DNA from: an uncultured Candidatus Binatia bacterium
GTDB taxonomy: Bacteria; Desulfobacterota; Binatia; UBA9968; JAJDTQ01
Assembly: GCA_965213675.1 (NCBI GenBank)
Contig: OZ243916.1
Location: forward strand, 416,001-480,000
Direction of reading: 5' to 3'
Length of the DNA stretch: 64,000 bases
Shown: piece after piece, positions 29,868 through 39,513 of the stretch
How the letters are laid out: each line of letters begins with the position of its first letter
Numbering within the stretch: the stretch's first letter is position 1
The notes under the pieces: model-generated
Database searches by the model: none
What the model saw: the letters and a program-made list of their open reading frames with translations, nothing else
What the model was told of the DNA's origin: nothing
Made by a program: the position numbers and the translations under genes

Positions 29868-30337
29868 GATTCCTTCGCTGCCTCCATGACCGCCTGGATG
29901 ATGGTACCGTAGCCGGTGCAGCGGCACAGGTTGCCGGCGATGGCGTGGGTCACCTCCTCGCGGGTGGGGGAAGGGTTGCGGTTCAGCAGGGCCTTGCCGG
30001 CCATGAGCATGCCCGGCGTGCAATAGCCGCACTGGGCTGCGCCGGCGGCGGCGAAGGCGCGCTGCAGCGGATGCAGAGACTCACCGTCGGCCAGCCCCTC
30101 CACCGTTTCCACGCTCCGGCCGTCCGCTTCCACCGCGAACACCAGGCAGGCATCCACCAGCCGCCCGTCGAGCGTTACCGAGCAGGCGCCGCATTCGCCC
30201 TCGCCGCAACCTTCCTTGGTACCGGTGAGATCCAGGTCGTCGCGCAGGAAATCCAGTAGCGAACGGGTCACCGGCACTTCCTCCAGGAACGGCTCGCCGT
30301 TGACGGTTACCGTGATACGGATGCGTGGAGTCTCCAT
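29864..30337 (-). CDS. 2x[2Fe-2S] small subunit (CoxS-like)
   Basis: GTKEGCGEGECGACSV, QCGYCTPG, NLCRCTGY. Confidence 0.95.
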   Translation of the reverse strand: METPRIRITVTVNGEPFLEEVPVTRSLLDFLRDDLDLTGTKEGCGEGECGACSVTLDGRLVDACLVFAVEADGRSVETVEGLADGESLHPLQRAFAAAGAAQCGYCTPGMLMAGKALLNRNPSPTREEVTHAIAGNLCRCTGYGTIIQAVMEAAKES

Positions 30338-31221
30338 CAACCCTCGCCGCGCGCGCGCCGGAACGCGCTCCGGATGGCCCGCCGGGTCAACACCCGGACC
30401 ATCTCCCTGCGATAATCCGCGCTCGCGCGCACGTCGTCGATGGGCCGGGCGTCGGTGGCGGCGCATTCTCCCGCCTCCTCCACGACATGCTCGTCCAGAC
30501 GTGCGCCCGCCAGTCGTTTCTCCGCCGACGTCGAGCGCAGCGGCGTGGGTCCCACAGCTCCCAGCGCGATGCGCGCCTCCGCGATGGTGTCGGGATCGTC
30601 TGGGTCCAGCCGCACGAACGCCGCGCAGTTCACCAGCGCGATGTCCATGGCGGTGCGCACACAGCGCTGGAACGCGCTGCCCGAGCGGGCCGGCAAGGCG
30701 GGAAGGCGCACGCCCGTGAGCAGTTCGCCGGGTCGCAGCACCGTCCGGCCCGGACCGAGGAACAGTCGCTCCACCGGTATGTTCCGGGCTTCATGGGCGG
30801 CCGCGGCCTGCGCCACCGCGCCCAGCGCCATCAGGGGCGTGGCCGTGTCCGCGGCCGGGGACCCGTTGGCGAGATTGCCGCCCACGGTGGCGCGGTTGCG
30901 GGTCTGAATCGAGCCCACCACCCGGGCCGCTTCCGCCAGGGCTTGGTAACCTTCCCGAACCACGGCCGCCGTCGAGATAGTTTCCATCAAAGCCAGAGCG
31001 CCGACGCGCACACCGTCCTCAGCGGCCGTCAATGCATCCAGGCCCGGGATCCGTTTGAGGTCGATGACCATGTCCGGCAGCGTCTGCCGCCGCTCCATCC
31101 TGAGAAAGAGGTCCGTCCCCCCGGCCAGGGGAACAGCCTCGGGGCTCATTAACGCCAGCGCCTCGTCGAGGCCTCGGGGGGCATGGTAGCGAAAGGGGTT
31201 CATGCGTTCAGTGGGATTCAT
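30337..31221 (-). CDS. FAD-binding medium subunit (CoxM-like)
   Basis: LAGGTDL, RNRATVGGNL, SPAAD, ARPIDDVRASADYR. Start could be 31203. Confidence 0.95.
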   Translation of the reverse strand: MNPTERMNPFRYHAPRGLDEALALMSPEAVPLAGGTDLFLRMERRQTLPDMVIDLKRIPGLDALTAAEDGVRVGALALMETISTAAVVREGYQALAEAARVVGSIQTRNRATVGGNLANGSPAADTATPLMALGAVAQAAAAHEARNIPVERLFLGPGRTVLRPGELLTGVRLPALPARSGSAFQRCVRTAMDIALVNCAAFVRLDPDDPDTIAEARIALGAVGPTPLRSTSAEKRLAGARLDEHVVEEAGECAATDARPIDDVRASADYRREMVRVLTRRAIRSAFRRARGEG

Positions 31222-31581
31222 CGCACTTTTCCGGGGGTGGTGCAATGCGACCGCGAAGGCAGGCCAAAGGGAGAATAGCGAGTGGGGGGCCTGCGGGACG
31301 GCGAGTCCGCCGGCAGGGGGCTGTCTTGGCGGAAGGACGGCATTCCTGATAACTCTTGGCAATCGGGAAGTTTCCACCTGATGGAAGGGGACAAAGGTAC
31401 ATGGCCCTGTTCGGCGGATTCGACGGCTTGAATGGTCGTCGGAGTCTGCCATCTTCGAGGCGGGAGAAATCCCGGACCGCGACTACCTTGTCAGGTTGGT
31501 GAAGTGATCCTGGTTCACGAATGCGCTGTACCGTGAACGAGAGCCCCTCGACGGAGCCTTGGTTCGAGAAGGACGATTGAG

Positions 31582-32187
31582 ATGATGAAAACGAAAACAA
31601 GCGACACTGTGTTGTTCCGCGGTTGTGCCTCCGTCCGGAGCCTCGCCGTTTCTCCCGGAACCACCGTGGGGGCTGTCGGTGGTGCGCTCCTTCTCGCGCT
31701 GTGGTGCATGCCGCTTTCGGCGTTCGGTGCGTCTCCGGACCTCAAGACCCCGGCGCCGGTGATCTATCTTGCGGACAACCTGGGTGAGAAGGACAGGCTG
31801 GGTTGGTGTATCGACACCGTCGGGCGGGGGTTTAGCGAACGCCTGCATACCCACTCGTGCAAGCCGCGGGGCGGCGATGTGCAGTTCCGCTACGATGGGG
31901 AGTCGCGACGGATCGCTTCGGCCACCTACGATGGCAAGTGCGCCACGCTGGCGGCGCCGGCCGCCGCGGGGGTGTCACTGGGTCTGGTGGATTGCGCGAG
32001 TGATTCCGCCGCCCAGATGTTCGACTATGACGCCAAGGCCATGGAGTTCCGGCCCGGGGCCGACAAGACGCTGTGCCTGGTTGCGGGGGCGGCCAGCCGG
32101 TCCGCCGGGCCGTACATGTCTCGAGCCCTCGAGCTCGCTTCGTGCGCGGCTACGGATCCGGCGCGCAAGCAGTGGCGCATCAAGTGA
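31582..32187 (+). CDS. Secreted ricin-B/beta-trefoil lectin-like protein
   Basis: Hydrophobic signal-like segment; three Cys-paired repeats ending QF, QMF and QW (WCIDT..SC..QF; KC..DC..QMF; LCL..SC..KQW). True start uncertain. Confidence 0.7.
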   Translation: MMKTKTSDTVLFRGCASVRSLAVSPGTTVGAVGGALLLALWCMPLSAFGASPDLKTPAPVIYLADNLGEKDRLGWCIDTVGRGFSERLHTHSCKPRGGDVQFRYDGESRRIASATYDGKCATLAAPAAAGVSLGLVDCASDSAAQMFDYDAKAMEFRPGADKTLCLVAGAASRSAGPYMSRALELASCAATDPARKQWRIK

Positions 32188-32271
32188 GAAGGGGTCCTGA
32201 GTCCGGCCGCGTGTGAATTCACGGAACGCCCGCGGCCGCATGACCAGCCCTGCGCAACCCGCGGTGGGTGG

Positions 32272-33321
32272 ATGACAAGCCAATCCAGGACGGTGGGCCG
32301 CGGCAGCCGCGACAATCCCCAAAATCGCTTCGAGCCCATCGCCTTCGTGCCGGACGATGCCCCCGAGGGGGCTGCGACCCGCTTCTTCAGGGACACGTCC
32401 CGGTCCATCATCGCGTACAATGACAGCCCCGACGTGGGCTTCGACGCCAGCGTCAATCCATACCGCGGATGCGAGCACGGTTGCATCTACTGCTATGCCC
32501 GGCCCACCCACGAGTATCTGGGCTTCTCCGCCGGCCTGGACTTCGAGTCGAGGATTCTGGTGAAGGAGGACGCGCCGGCCCTCTTGCGGAAAGAGTTGTC
32601 CGCGTCCCGGTGGAAGCCTCAGGTGGTGGCCCTGTGCGGGGTGACCGATCCCTATCAGCCGGTGGAGCGGCGGCTGGAGTTGACACGCGGCTGCCTCAAG
32701 GTGCTGGCCGAGTTCCGCAATCCGGCGGCCTTGGTCACCAAGAATCATCTGGTGACCCGGGACGTGGACGTGCTCGGAGAACTGGCGGCGCGCGACGCCG
32801 CGGTGGTGTTCATTTCGGTGACGACGCTTGACCGGGACCTGTGCGGGCGCATGGAGCCGCGGGCCTCCCAGCCGCACCTCCGTTTGAACGCCATCCAGGC
32901 CCTCAAGCAGGCAGGCATTCCGGTGGGCGTCATCGTGGCGCCGGTGATCCCGGCCCTCACCGACCACGAACTGCCGGCGATCCTCGCCGCGGTGGCGGAA
33001 GCCGGGGCCGCCTGCGCGGGCTACTCGCTGCTGCGCCTGCCCTTCGGCGTCAAGGATCTGTTCGCGAGTTGGTTGGAGGAGAACTATCCCGACCGCAAGG
33101 ACAAGGTGCTGAACCGCATCCGCGACATTCGCGGCGGCAAGCTCAACGACGCGGGTTTCAACACGCGCAACACAGGGCAGGGGATCTTCGCCGAGCAGGT
33201 GGAGGCGTTGTTCGCCGGCGCTTGCCGCAAGCTGGGCTTGTCGCGCCGGAGCTGGAACCTGTCCACGGCCTCGTTCCGGCGCCCCACCGCGCAACGGTCC
33301 CTCTTCGGCGACGACTTGTAG
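32272..33321 (+). CDS. Radical SAM protein, PA0069/Rv2578c (spore photoproduct lyase-like) family
   Basis: NPYRGCEHGCIYCYARPTHEY, TDPYQPVE, MEPRAS. Confidence 0.93.
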   Translation: MTSQSRTVGRGSRDNPQNRFEPIAFVPDDAPEGAATRFFRDTSRSIIAYNDSPDVGFDASVNPYRGCEHGCIYCYARPTHEYLGFSAGLDFESRILVKEDAPALLRKELSASRWKPQVVALCGVTDPYQPVERRLELTRGCLKVLAEFRNPAALVTKNHLVTRDVDVLGELAARDAAVVFISVTTLDRDLCGRMEPRASQPHLRLNAIQALKQAGIPVGVIVAPVIPALTDHELPAILAAVAEAGAACAGYSLLRLPFGVKDLFASWLEENYPDRKDKVLNRIRDIRGGKLNDAGFNTRNTGQGIFAEQVEALFAGACRKLGLSRRSWNLSTASFRRPTAQRSLFGDDL

Positions 33322-33348
33322 CGGCCACCGGCGGCCGCCCCACAATGA

Positions 33349-33465
33349 TTTGACGAGATCGAGCGGCCGAAGGGACGGATGAGAGCGGATTTGCAGCCTT
33401 GAAGTCCTGCGGCGCAGGCTTCGAGGCAACCCGGCAACTCATCGCAGGAATCTACGGGACACGAC
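33349..33465. repeat. Intergenic repeat/MITE remnant
   Basis: Shares an 81-nt block with 4393-4473 and a 32-nt end with 27618-27649. Internal hairpin GCCTTGAAGTCCTGC/GCAGGCTTCGAGGC. Confidence 0.75.
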
Positions 33466-33466
33466 G

Positions 33467-34231
33467 TCAGGGCATCAGTTCGCCACCGTTCACGCCCACG
33501 ATCTGACCGGTCATGTAGCTGCTGGCCGGGCTCAGCAGAAAGACCGCCAGGTCCGCCACTTCGCTCGGCTCGCCCAACCGTCCCATGGGCACCAGCCTGG
33601 AACGTTCCGACTTGCGTCGCTCCAGCGCGTCGCCCGCAAGGCCGCGGCGCCACATGGGGGTGTCGATGGGTCCCGGCGCCAGCGCGTTGATGCGGATGCC
33701 GTGCTCCGCCACCTCCCGCGCCACGGCCTTGGTGAGGGCGGCGATGCCCGCCTTGGCCGCGGAGTAGTGGGACGCCCATTCCTGCCCCTTGAGCCCGTGC
33801 ATGGAGGAGAGGCTGGCGATGACGCCGAACTTCGCTTCCATCATGAACGGCAGGGCCGCGCGGATGCAGTAGAAGGTACCGTTGAGATGCACGTCGATCA
33901 TGCGTGCCCAGTCTGCGTCGCTGATTTCGTGCGCGGGCTTCTGCTGGGAGATGCCGGCCACGTTCATGAGGTAGGCCAAACCGCCGAACTCGGCGTGGGC
34001 CCTGGCGATGGCGGCGTTGACCTGTTCCGAGCGGGTTACGTCCAGAGTCAAGGGCAGGGCGGTGCCACCCCCGGCGGTGATGCGCGTGGCGGTGTCCTCC
34101 GCCTTGGCGCCGTCCACGTCGGTGACGGCCACCCGGACCTTCTGTTCCCCCAGCTTGAGCGCGATGGCCTGCCCGATGCCGCTTCCGGCCCCCGTCACGA
34201 ATGCGCTGCCGCCGTCCATGTCCCAGTGCAT
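33467..34231 (-). CDS. SDR family oxidoreductase (FabG-like)
   Basis: TGAGSGIG, NVAG, YSAAK, NALAPG, YMTGQ. Confidence 0.95.
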   Translation of the reverse strand: MHWDMDGGSAFVTGAGSGIGQAIALKLGEQKVRVAVTDVDGAKAEDTATRITAGGGTALPLTLDVTRSEQVNAAIARAHAEFGGLAYLMNVAGISQQKPAHEISDADWARMIDVHLNGTFYCIRAALPFMMEAKFGVIASLSSMHGLKGQEWASHYSAAKAGIAALTKAVAREVAEHGIRINALAPGPIDTPMWRRGLAGDALERRKSERSRLVPMGRLGEPSEVADLAVFLLSPASSYMTGQIVGVNGGELMP

Positions 34232-34444
34232 GAGAAACACCTCCGAAGTCCAGTTTCGCAGCCGTGCGAAACCAGGAATCTGTAATCCAAGGGCGTCCGT
34301 CGATTTCCCTTCGCGATGTCGAAGGACTGTCCCACGGCGCAGGTTTCTAACACTCCGGCGTCGCGACGGTCAAACCTGCGCCCTGGCGGCCCTGATTCGC
34401 ACCTCGAGGGCCGATCTGGTACACCGGCCGCGGGAGGAAACCAC

Positions 34445-35398
34445 GTGGAATATCGTCAACTTGGAACTTCGGGTTTGCGGGTTTCGGCCATCGGACTGGG
34501 CACCAATCGGTTCGGTTCGCCGAAGCTGCCGCAGGAGCAGGTCCACGCCATCATGGACGCGGCGGCGGACTTGGGCGTCAACTTCATCGACACGTCCAAC
34601 AGTTACCAGGGCGGGCGCTCCGAAGAGACCCTGGGCGCGGCGATGAAGGGTCGCCGGGACCGCTTTGTGGTGGCCACCAAGTTCTTCTTTCCCACGGGCG
34701 ATGGAACCAACGACCGCGGCACCTCGCGCTACCATCTCATGAACGCTGTCGAGGGAAGCCTCCGGCGTCTTCAGACCGACCACATCGACGTCTATTACAT
34801 CCACCGCTGGGACGCTTCGACGCCCATCGAGGAGACCCAGCGGGCGCTGGACGATCTGATCCGTCAGGGAAAGGTGCGCTACATCGGCGCATCCGATTTC
34901 GCGTCGTGGCAACTGGCGCGGGCCAACGTCGTCGCCGAGTTCCGTGGCTGGACGGCCTTTGCCGTGCTCCAGTCGCACTACCACATGCTGGAACGCGAGG
35001 TGGAACGGGAGGTGCTCCCGTATTGCCGGGCCCACGGCGTGGGTTTCGTGCCGTATTTTCCGCTGGCTGGCGGGTTTTTGACGGGCAAGTACGTCAAGGG
35101 CGAGAAGCCGCCGCCCGGTTCCCGCGGGGAAACCCAAGCCTACGTGCAGCAGTACATGACCGACCGTCGCTACGATACCGTGGCGCGGTTGCAGCGTTGG
35201 GCGGAAGCTCGGGGACGGGGGATGCACGAACTGGCGCACTCCTGGCTTCTGGCGCAGCCGCGGATCTGCTCGGTGATATCCGGCGCTACCCGCCTGGAGC
35301 AGTTCCAGGCCAACGTGGCGGCCATGGAGTGGGCGTTGACGCCGGCGGAAGTCGCCGAGGTGAATGAGATGCTGGAGCCGGGACGCACGGTGACGTGA
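34445..35398 (+). CDS. Aldo/keto reductase
   Basis: RQLGTSGLRVSAIGLGT, FIDTSNSY, ATKF, SLRRLQTDHID, GKVRYIG. GTG start after GGAGG. Confidence 0.95.
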   Translation: MEYRQLGTSGLRVSAIGLGTNRFGSPKLPQEQVHAIMDAAADLGVNFIDTSNSYQGGRSEETLGAAMKGRRDRFVVATKFFFPTGDGTNDRGTSRYHLMNAVEGSLRRLQTDHIDVYYIHRWDASTPIEETQRALDDLIRQGKVRYIGASDFASWQLARANVVAEFRGWTAFAVLQSHYHMLEREVEREVLPYCRAHGVGFVPYFPLAGGFLTGKYVKGEKPPPGSRGETQAYVQQYMTDRRYDTVARLQRWAEARGRGMHELAHSWLLAQPRICSVISGATRLEQFQANVAAMEWALTPAEVAEVNEMLEPGRTVT

Positions 35399-35476
35399 GA
35401 AACCGCGCCGGGTGAAATCGCCCGGCCCCGCCACGGGCGGGATGGCGGCGGGTGTGGGCCGCCGCGGGGCGTGCCG

Positions 35477-35956
35477 TCAGTGCAGAACCCGCATGGAAGG
35501 CTTGAGCTCGATGACCGCCATGTCGGCCGTGTTCACCGACGCCGTTTCAGGCTTGCTTCGACGGGTGGTTTCGTTCAGCAACAGCACCACCATGCGCCAC
35601 AACTCCTGCTTTTCCACGGGCGCGTGCAGCAGCAGGTCGGCGCCCGCCGCAAGGGCCCGGCGATGCTCCGGTATCAGGGCGCCCGAGAGCATCAGGATGA
35701 CGGGGGTGTGCGGGTGCGCCGGCAGCTTTCGAATGGCCTTGCAGAGTTCGAAGCCGTTGAGCGGACCCTTGAGGAAAGCGTTCACCAGGAACAGATGAAC
35801 CTCGTGCGCCGCGGTCCTGGACAACGCCTCGCGGCCCTCGCTGGCTCCCAGGATTTCGATGGCGGGAGACAGCTCCTGCAAATACCTTGACAGGGTTGCC
35901 TGCTGGCTTGTGTAGCTGTCGGCAACGAGAATGCTGGGTCGTACTCTGCGTGGCAT
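35477..35956 (-). CDS. Stand-alone atypical (pseudo-)receiver domain protein
   Basis: REC pattern ILVAD, GREAL, NGFELCKAIR, TPVIL, ALAAGAD. The phospho-Asp position is Asn and the conserved Lys is Ala. Confidence 0.75.
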   Translation of the reverse strand: MPRRVRPSILVADSYTSQQATLSRYLQELSPAIEILGASEGREALSRTAAHEVHLFLVNAFLKGPLNGFELCKAIRKLPAHPHTPVILMLSGALIPEHRRALAAGADLLLHAPVEKQELWRMVVLLLNETTRRSKPETASVNTADMAVIELKPSMRVLH

Positions 35957-36338
35957 GGTGCCCCCGTGACTACGCTGAACTCGGGCCCGCCGGCCTGAGT
36001 GATCTGTCGGTTCCGAGTGCCGCGGGACCTCATCCCGGGGACTCGCTCCAGAAACGCAATCCGCAGTCAATAGTGCGGAACAGCCTCTGTCAAGAGTTCA
36101 ACGGGCGAAAAATGCCCGCCCTCATGCAAAAGCCCGAAGAGGCTCGGTAGCGCCGCTGTGGCTGGGCCCATGACGTTTGCCGCATGGAGCTTGCGCCGCA
36201 GAGACAGCGACCCGCCGGTCGCTCCTGCCTTGGTCTATAACACCACTGGAGCCGTGCGCTTGAACGCGATCACTTGCGGCCGTCCATTCCGGCGGCGCAG
36301 GCTCCTGGCATTGCGGTTCGGTGGCGCAGACTCCCGGG

Positions 36339-37148
36339 TCAGGCGTGCTGGAGAAACTCTCGCATCGCCGCATGGGCCGCGTCCGGACTGGCGAAGAAAT
36401 AGCTGTGGCGTTCCCCGGAAAGCACCACAAGGCGGGCTCCGGGGATGCCTTTCTCGAGAGTCTCGGACGATGTCCGATGGGACAGGTCGCTGGTGACATT
36501 GCGGTCGTGTTCGCCGACGAGGATCAGGACAGGGCAGCGGATCTCGCCGAGGCGGTCGCTGGTATCATGTCCTTGCCGCGCCAGCAGGTGGCGGAAGTAG
36601 AACTCCACCGGTCCCATGTTGGCCATGCGCACGCGCAGGTAGTTCTCCACGCGGTCCGGGTGACGCTCCGCGAATTCCTCGGTGAATCCCACCAGGATGG
36701 AGTGGTCGCGGACATATTTCTCGTACCCCCATTCCACCATCTCCGTCGCGATCATGAGCGGGATGCCCTTGGTGTGGGGGTACGCGGCGCCGGTGGACGC
36801 CAGGACCAGCGCCTTGATCCGTTCGGGGTGGTCCAATGCCATGACCTGGGCCACGCGCCCGCCCATGGAATGGCCGCAGACGACGGCCTCGCCCACGCCG
36901 AGGTGGTCCAGCACGGCCATGGCGTCTTCCGCGAACGTCCGGGTGGTGAAGGGCATGGACGGCTTTCCGGACCGTCCCGTGCCGCGGTAGTCCATGGTGA
37001 TGACCTGATGGTCGCGAGAGAACTCCGGCACCTGATGGATCTTCCACACCTCGCCGTCGCAATGGGTCTCGCTCAGGAACAGCAAAGGCGCGCCTTCACC
37101 GTGGACCTCGTAGTAGAGTTCGGTGTCGTTGACGGGCAGCAAGGGCAT
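36339..37148 (-). CDS. Alpha/beta hydrolase (enol-lactonase/MenH-like)
   Basis: LYYEVHGEG, DYRGTGRS, GHSMGG, GEHD, ERHS. Confidence 0.92.
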   Translation of the reverse strand: MPLLPVNDTELYYEVHGEGAPLLFLSETHCDGEVWKIHQVPEFSRDHQVITMDYRGTGRSGKPSMPFTTRTFAEDAMAVLDHLGVGEAVVCGHSMGGRVAQVMALDHPERIKALVLASTGAAYPHTKGIPLMIATEMVEWGYEKYVRDHSILVGFTEEFAERHPDRVENYLRVRMANMGPVEFYFRHLLARQGHDTSDRLGEIRCPVLILVGEHDRNVTSDLSHRTSSETLEKGIPGARLVVLSGERHSYFFASPDAAHAAMREFLQHA

Positions 37149-37218
37149 GAAACCTCCAGCGGTTGCAGTTCAGTTGGAGCCGGACGCAAGCGGCGCCCAT
37201 ACCTCAGGGCCGATACGC

Positions 37219-38400
37219 TCAGTCCATGTAACCGGTCTTCAACGCCCACAGCCAGGCGTAGGTGATCTTCTCGTTGTAGAGCGCCCAGTGGCCCATGTGG
37301 GTGTACTTGGGCACCAGCCCCACGTGGACCCGGGCGCCGCCGGCCGCGTATTTGCCGGCCATGTACATCTCGCGCTTGTCGCCCAGGCTCTTGCCGCCGA
37401 GCCAGTGGCCGTGGTCGTTCTCACCCACCATGAGCAGCACCTTGAGGTTCGCCAGCCACCCGGCAGGGGGGTCCTGCAGGTGGTCGAAGTATTCCTCCCG
37501 CGGTAGCCCGGTGACGCGCACGTATTCCTCCAGCCGCTCCGGGAAGACGTTGTGCTGGTTGTCGCGCAGGCCGATCTTGATCTGTGGCCGGGTCTTCTCG
37601 GTGAGGCGAAAGAAGTCATCCATGCGGCCCCAGGGCGTCAGCTCCGGCAGGTCCTCGTAGTGGGACCGCCGGTACGCCTCCACCGTGCGCCGGGAGATTT
37701 GTGTCAGGCCGTAGGGCTTGGGTGACTCCATGCCCGTGTTCTCGCGCCATTCCCGGCGCCAGCCGTCGGGTCCGCCGCTGCCCCATCCGACGATGCCGAT
37801 GACGTCCGCCTCATGGGCGAAGCGGGTCAGGTGGGCGGCCATGGGGCCGCCGGTAGAGTGGCCGAAGGCGATGAGGCGGCGCCCGCGCAGGTGGCGGTCG
37901 GTGAGTTGTCCGGCGCCCTGGAGGATGACGTTGAAGGTGCATTTGAGCAGCCGGTCCTGAAGCTCCTCCTCGCCGATCTCCACGTCGAGGAGATAGACCG
38001 GGGTCCGCTCCGCAATGGGCTTGTCCCATGCGCCACCCGGCGGCCACAGGCCCGGGTAACTGAGGGTCAGCACGGTGAAGCCCTGGGCCGCCAGCCGCCG
38101 CGCCAGGCCGGGGCGGCCGTCCGGGGTGACGTCCATCACCGTCTCGTTGGCGCCGCCGCCGTGGAAGACGACAAAGGCGGGACGGTCGTCGCGCTCGGGC
38201 GCCGGGGTGTAGAGGGAGCCGTGCATGTCCCACTCGTAGCCGTTGCGCTGGTAACGCTCCACCACTCCGGTGACGGTGTAGGCGCCGTCCTCGTCCGGCG
38301 GCGGCATGCCGAGCCAGTCGTCCCAGCCGATGGGAACAAGGGTGTCGTCGGCCTCGAGGGCATGGGTGAAGGCCTGGGTTCCGGGCGGTGGTTCGGGCAT
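37219..38400 (-). CDS. Uncharacterised alpha/beta-hydrolase-fold protein
   Basis: VFHGGG, LAAQGFTV, FGHSTGG nucleophile elbow, GEND, THMGH; AGGAG RBS. Confidence 0.75.
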   Translation of the reverse strand: MPEPPPGTQAFTHALEADDTLVPIGWDDWLGMPPPDEDGAYTVTGVVERYQRNGYEWDMHGSLYTPAPERDDRPAFVVFHGGGANETVMDVTPDGRPGLARRLAAQGFTVLTLSYPGLWPPGGAWDKPIAERTPVYLLDVEIGEEELQDRLLKCTFNVILQGAGQLTDRHLRGRRLIAFGHSTGGPMAAHLTRFAHEADVIGIVGWGSGGPDGWRREWRENTGMESPKPYGLTQISRRTVEAYRRSHYEDLPELTPWGRMDDFFRLTEKTRPQIKIGLRDNQHNVFPERLEEYVRVTGLPREEYFDHLQDPPAGWLANLKVLLMVGENDHGHWLGGKSLGDKREMYMAGKYAAGGARVHVGLVPKYTHMGHWALYNEKITYAWLWALKTGYMD

Positions 38401-38507
38401 GTTATTCTCCTGATCCGGGTGTCCTGTGCGGCCGGACGGCCGCCAATCTTGTGGGCGTATAGCGGGAACCGCGGCGTAAGACAACGCGGCGATCCGGAGG
38501 GCGCATC

Positions 38508-39386
38508 TTGGAATTGGGTCTTTCCCTGTTTTCGACGGAGTTGTCGGGTCCCGTGGGCGCCATCGCCCGGGAGGCGGAGACGCTGGGCTTCGAGTCCCTG
38601 TGGTTTCCCGAGCACATGCTCATGCCGGTCCACTATGAATCGCGCTACAAGCGCACCGCGGACGGCAAGGTGCCCGAATCCTTCGGACATCTGCCGGATC
38701 CATTTATCGCCGCGGCCATGGCCGCCCAGGCCACGGAGCGGCTGCGCGTGGCCACCGGCATCTGCATCCTGCCCCAGCGGGACATCATCGCCACGGCCAA
38801 GGCGGCCGCCACCCTGGACCTCCACAGCGGCGGACGCTTCATCATGGGCGTGGGCGCGGGCTGGTTCCCGGAGGAGGCGGAGATCCTGGGGGTCCCGTTC
38901 AAGCGTCGCTGGAAGATGCTGCGCGAGGGCGTCGAGGCCCTGCGGGAACTGTGGACCGCGGAGGAGTCTGCCTTTGAGGGCGAATTCATCCGCTTTCCGC
39001 CGGTGCGGCTTTTCCCCAAGCCGGCGCAGAAGCCCCATCCGCCCATTCATCTCGGCGTCCACGATCCCAGGTACGCCCCCGCCCGGGTGGCGCGCTACGC
39101 CGATGGCTGGTGTCCCGGCGACTTGGCGCCCGACGAGGCTGGAGAGGCCGTGGAGCGGGTCCGGCGGACGGTGCGCGAACACGGGCGCGACCCCGGCGAG
39201 ATCGCCTTCTCGGTGGTGGTGACCCCGGGCGACGGGTTTCCCGGACCGGACGACATGCGCCGGTACCGGGACGCGGGAATGCGCCGGATCGTGCTGCGGG
39301 TGATGGGGGCGGTGACCGGCAGCGGCGTGGAGGCGGTGCGGCGGCTGGAACCCTACCTGGAGCAGGCCCGGCTCGTGGAGCCTTGA
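38508..39386 (+). CDS. LLM-class (probably F420-dependent) oxidoreductase, Rv2161c-like
   Basis: GFESLWFPEH, DPF, AKAAATLDLHSGGR, GVGAGW, PKPAQKPHPP, YADGW. Confidence 0.9.
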   Translation: MELGLSLFSTELSGPVGAIAREAETLGFESLWFPEHMLMPVHYESRYKRTADGKVPESFGHLPDPFIAAAMAAQATERLRVATGICILPQRDIIATAKAAATLDLHSGGRFIMGVGAGWFPEEAEILGVPFKRRWKMLREGVEALRELWTAEESAFEGEFIRFPPVRLFPKPAQKPHPPIHLGVHDPRYAPARVARYADGWCPGDLAPDEAGEAVERVRRTVREHGRDPGEIAFSVVVTPGDGFPGPDDMRRYRDAGMRRIVLRVMGAVTGSGVEAVRRLEPYLEQARLVEP

Positions 39387-39513
39387 GAAGTTGCGGGCGT
39401 TGCCCGGCGCCACGCCTGTGGGCCTGTCCAGACAGGCCGCGGGCGCCAGGCACGGGTCCCTGGACAACCCATCCGGGCCTGTACATCCGCAGACCCCCGA
39501 CCGGACGGACCCC

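Noticed and set aside
77-31221. Calling the two CoxLMS-like operons carbon monoxide dehydrogenases
   Set aside because: Active-site loops are PYRGVG and AYRGPAG, not AYRCSFR, and no coxDEFG accessory genes are seen.
31400-31583. Possible cNMP-binding/Crp remnant (SAIFEAGEIPDRDYLV) with an in-frame TGA
   Set aside because: Too short, no clear start, the TGA does not align to a recognisable Cys motif, and no convincing hairpin.
36040-36150. Possible c-di-GMP riboswitch-like stems upstream of the receiver gene
   Set aside because: The GEMM consensus could not be matched.
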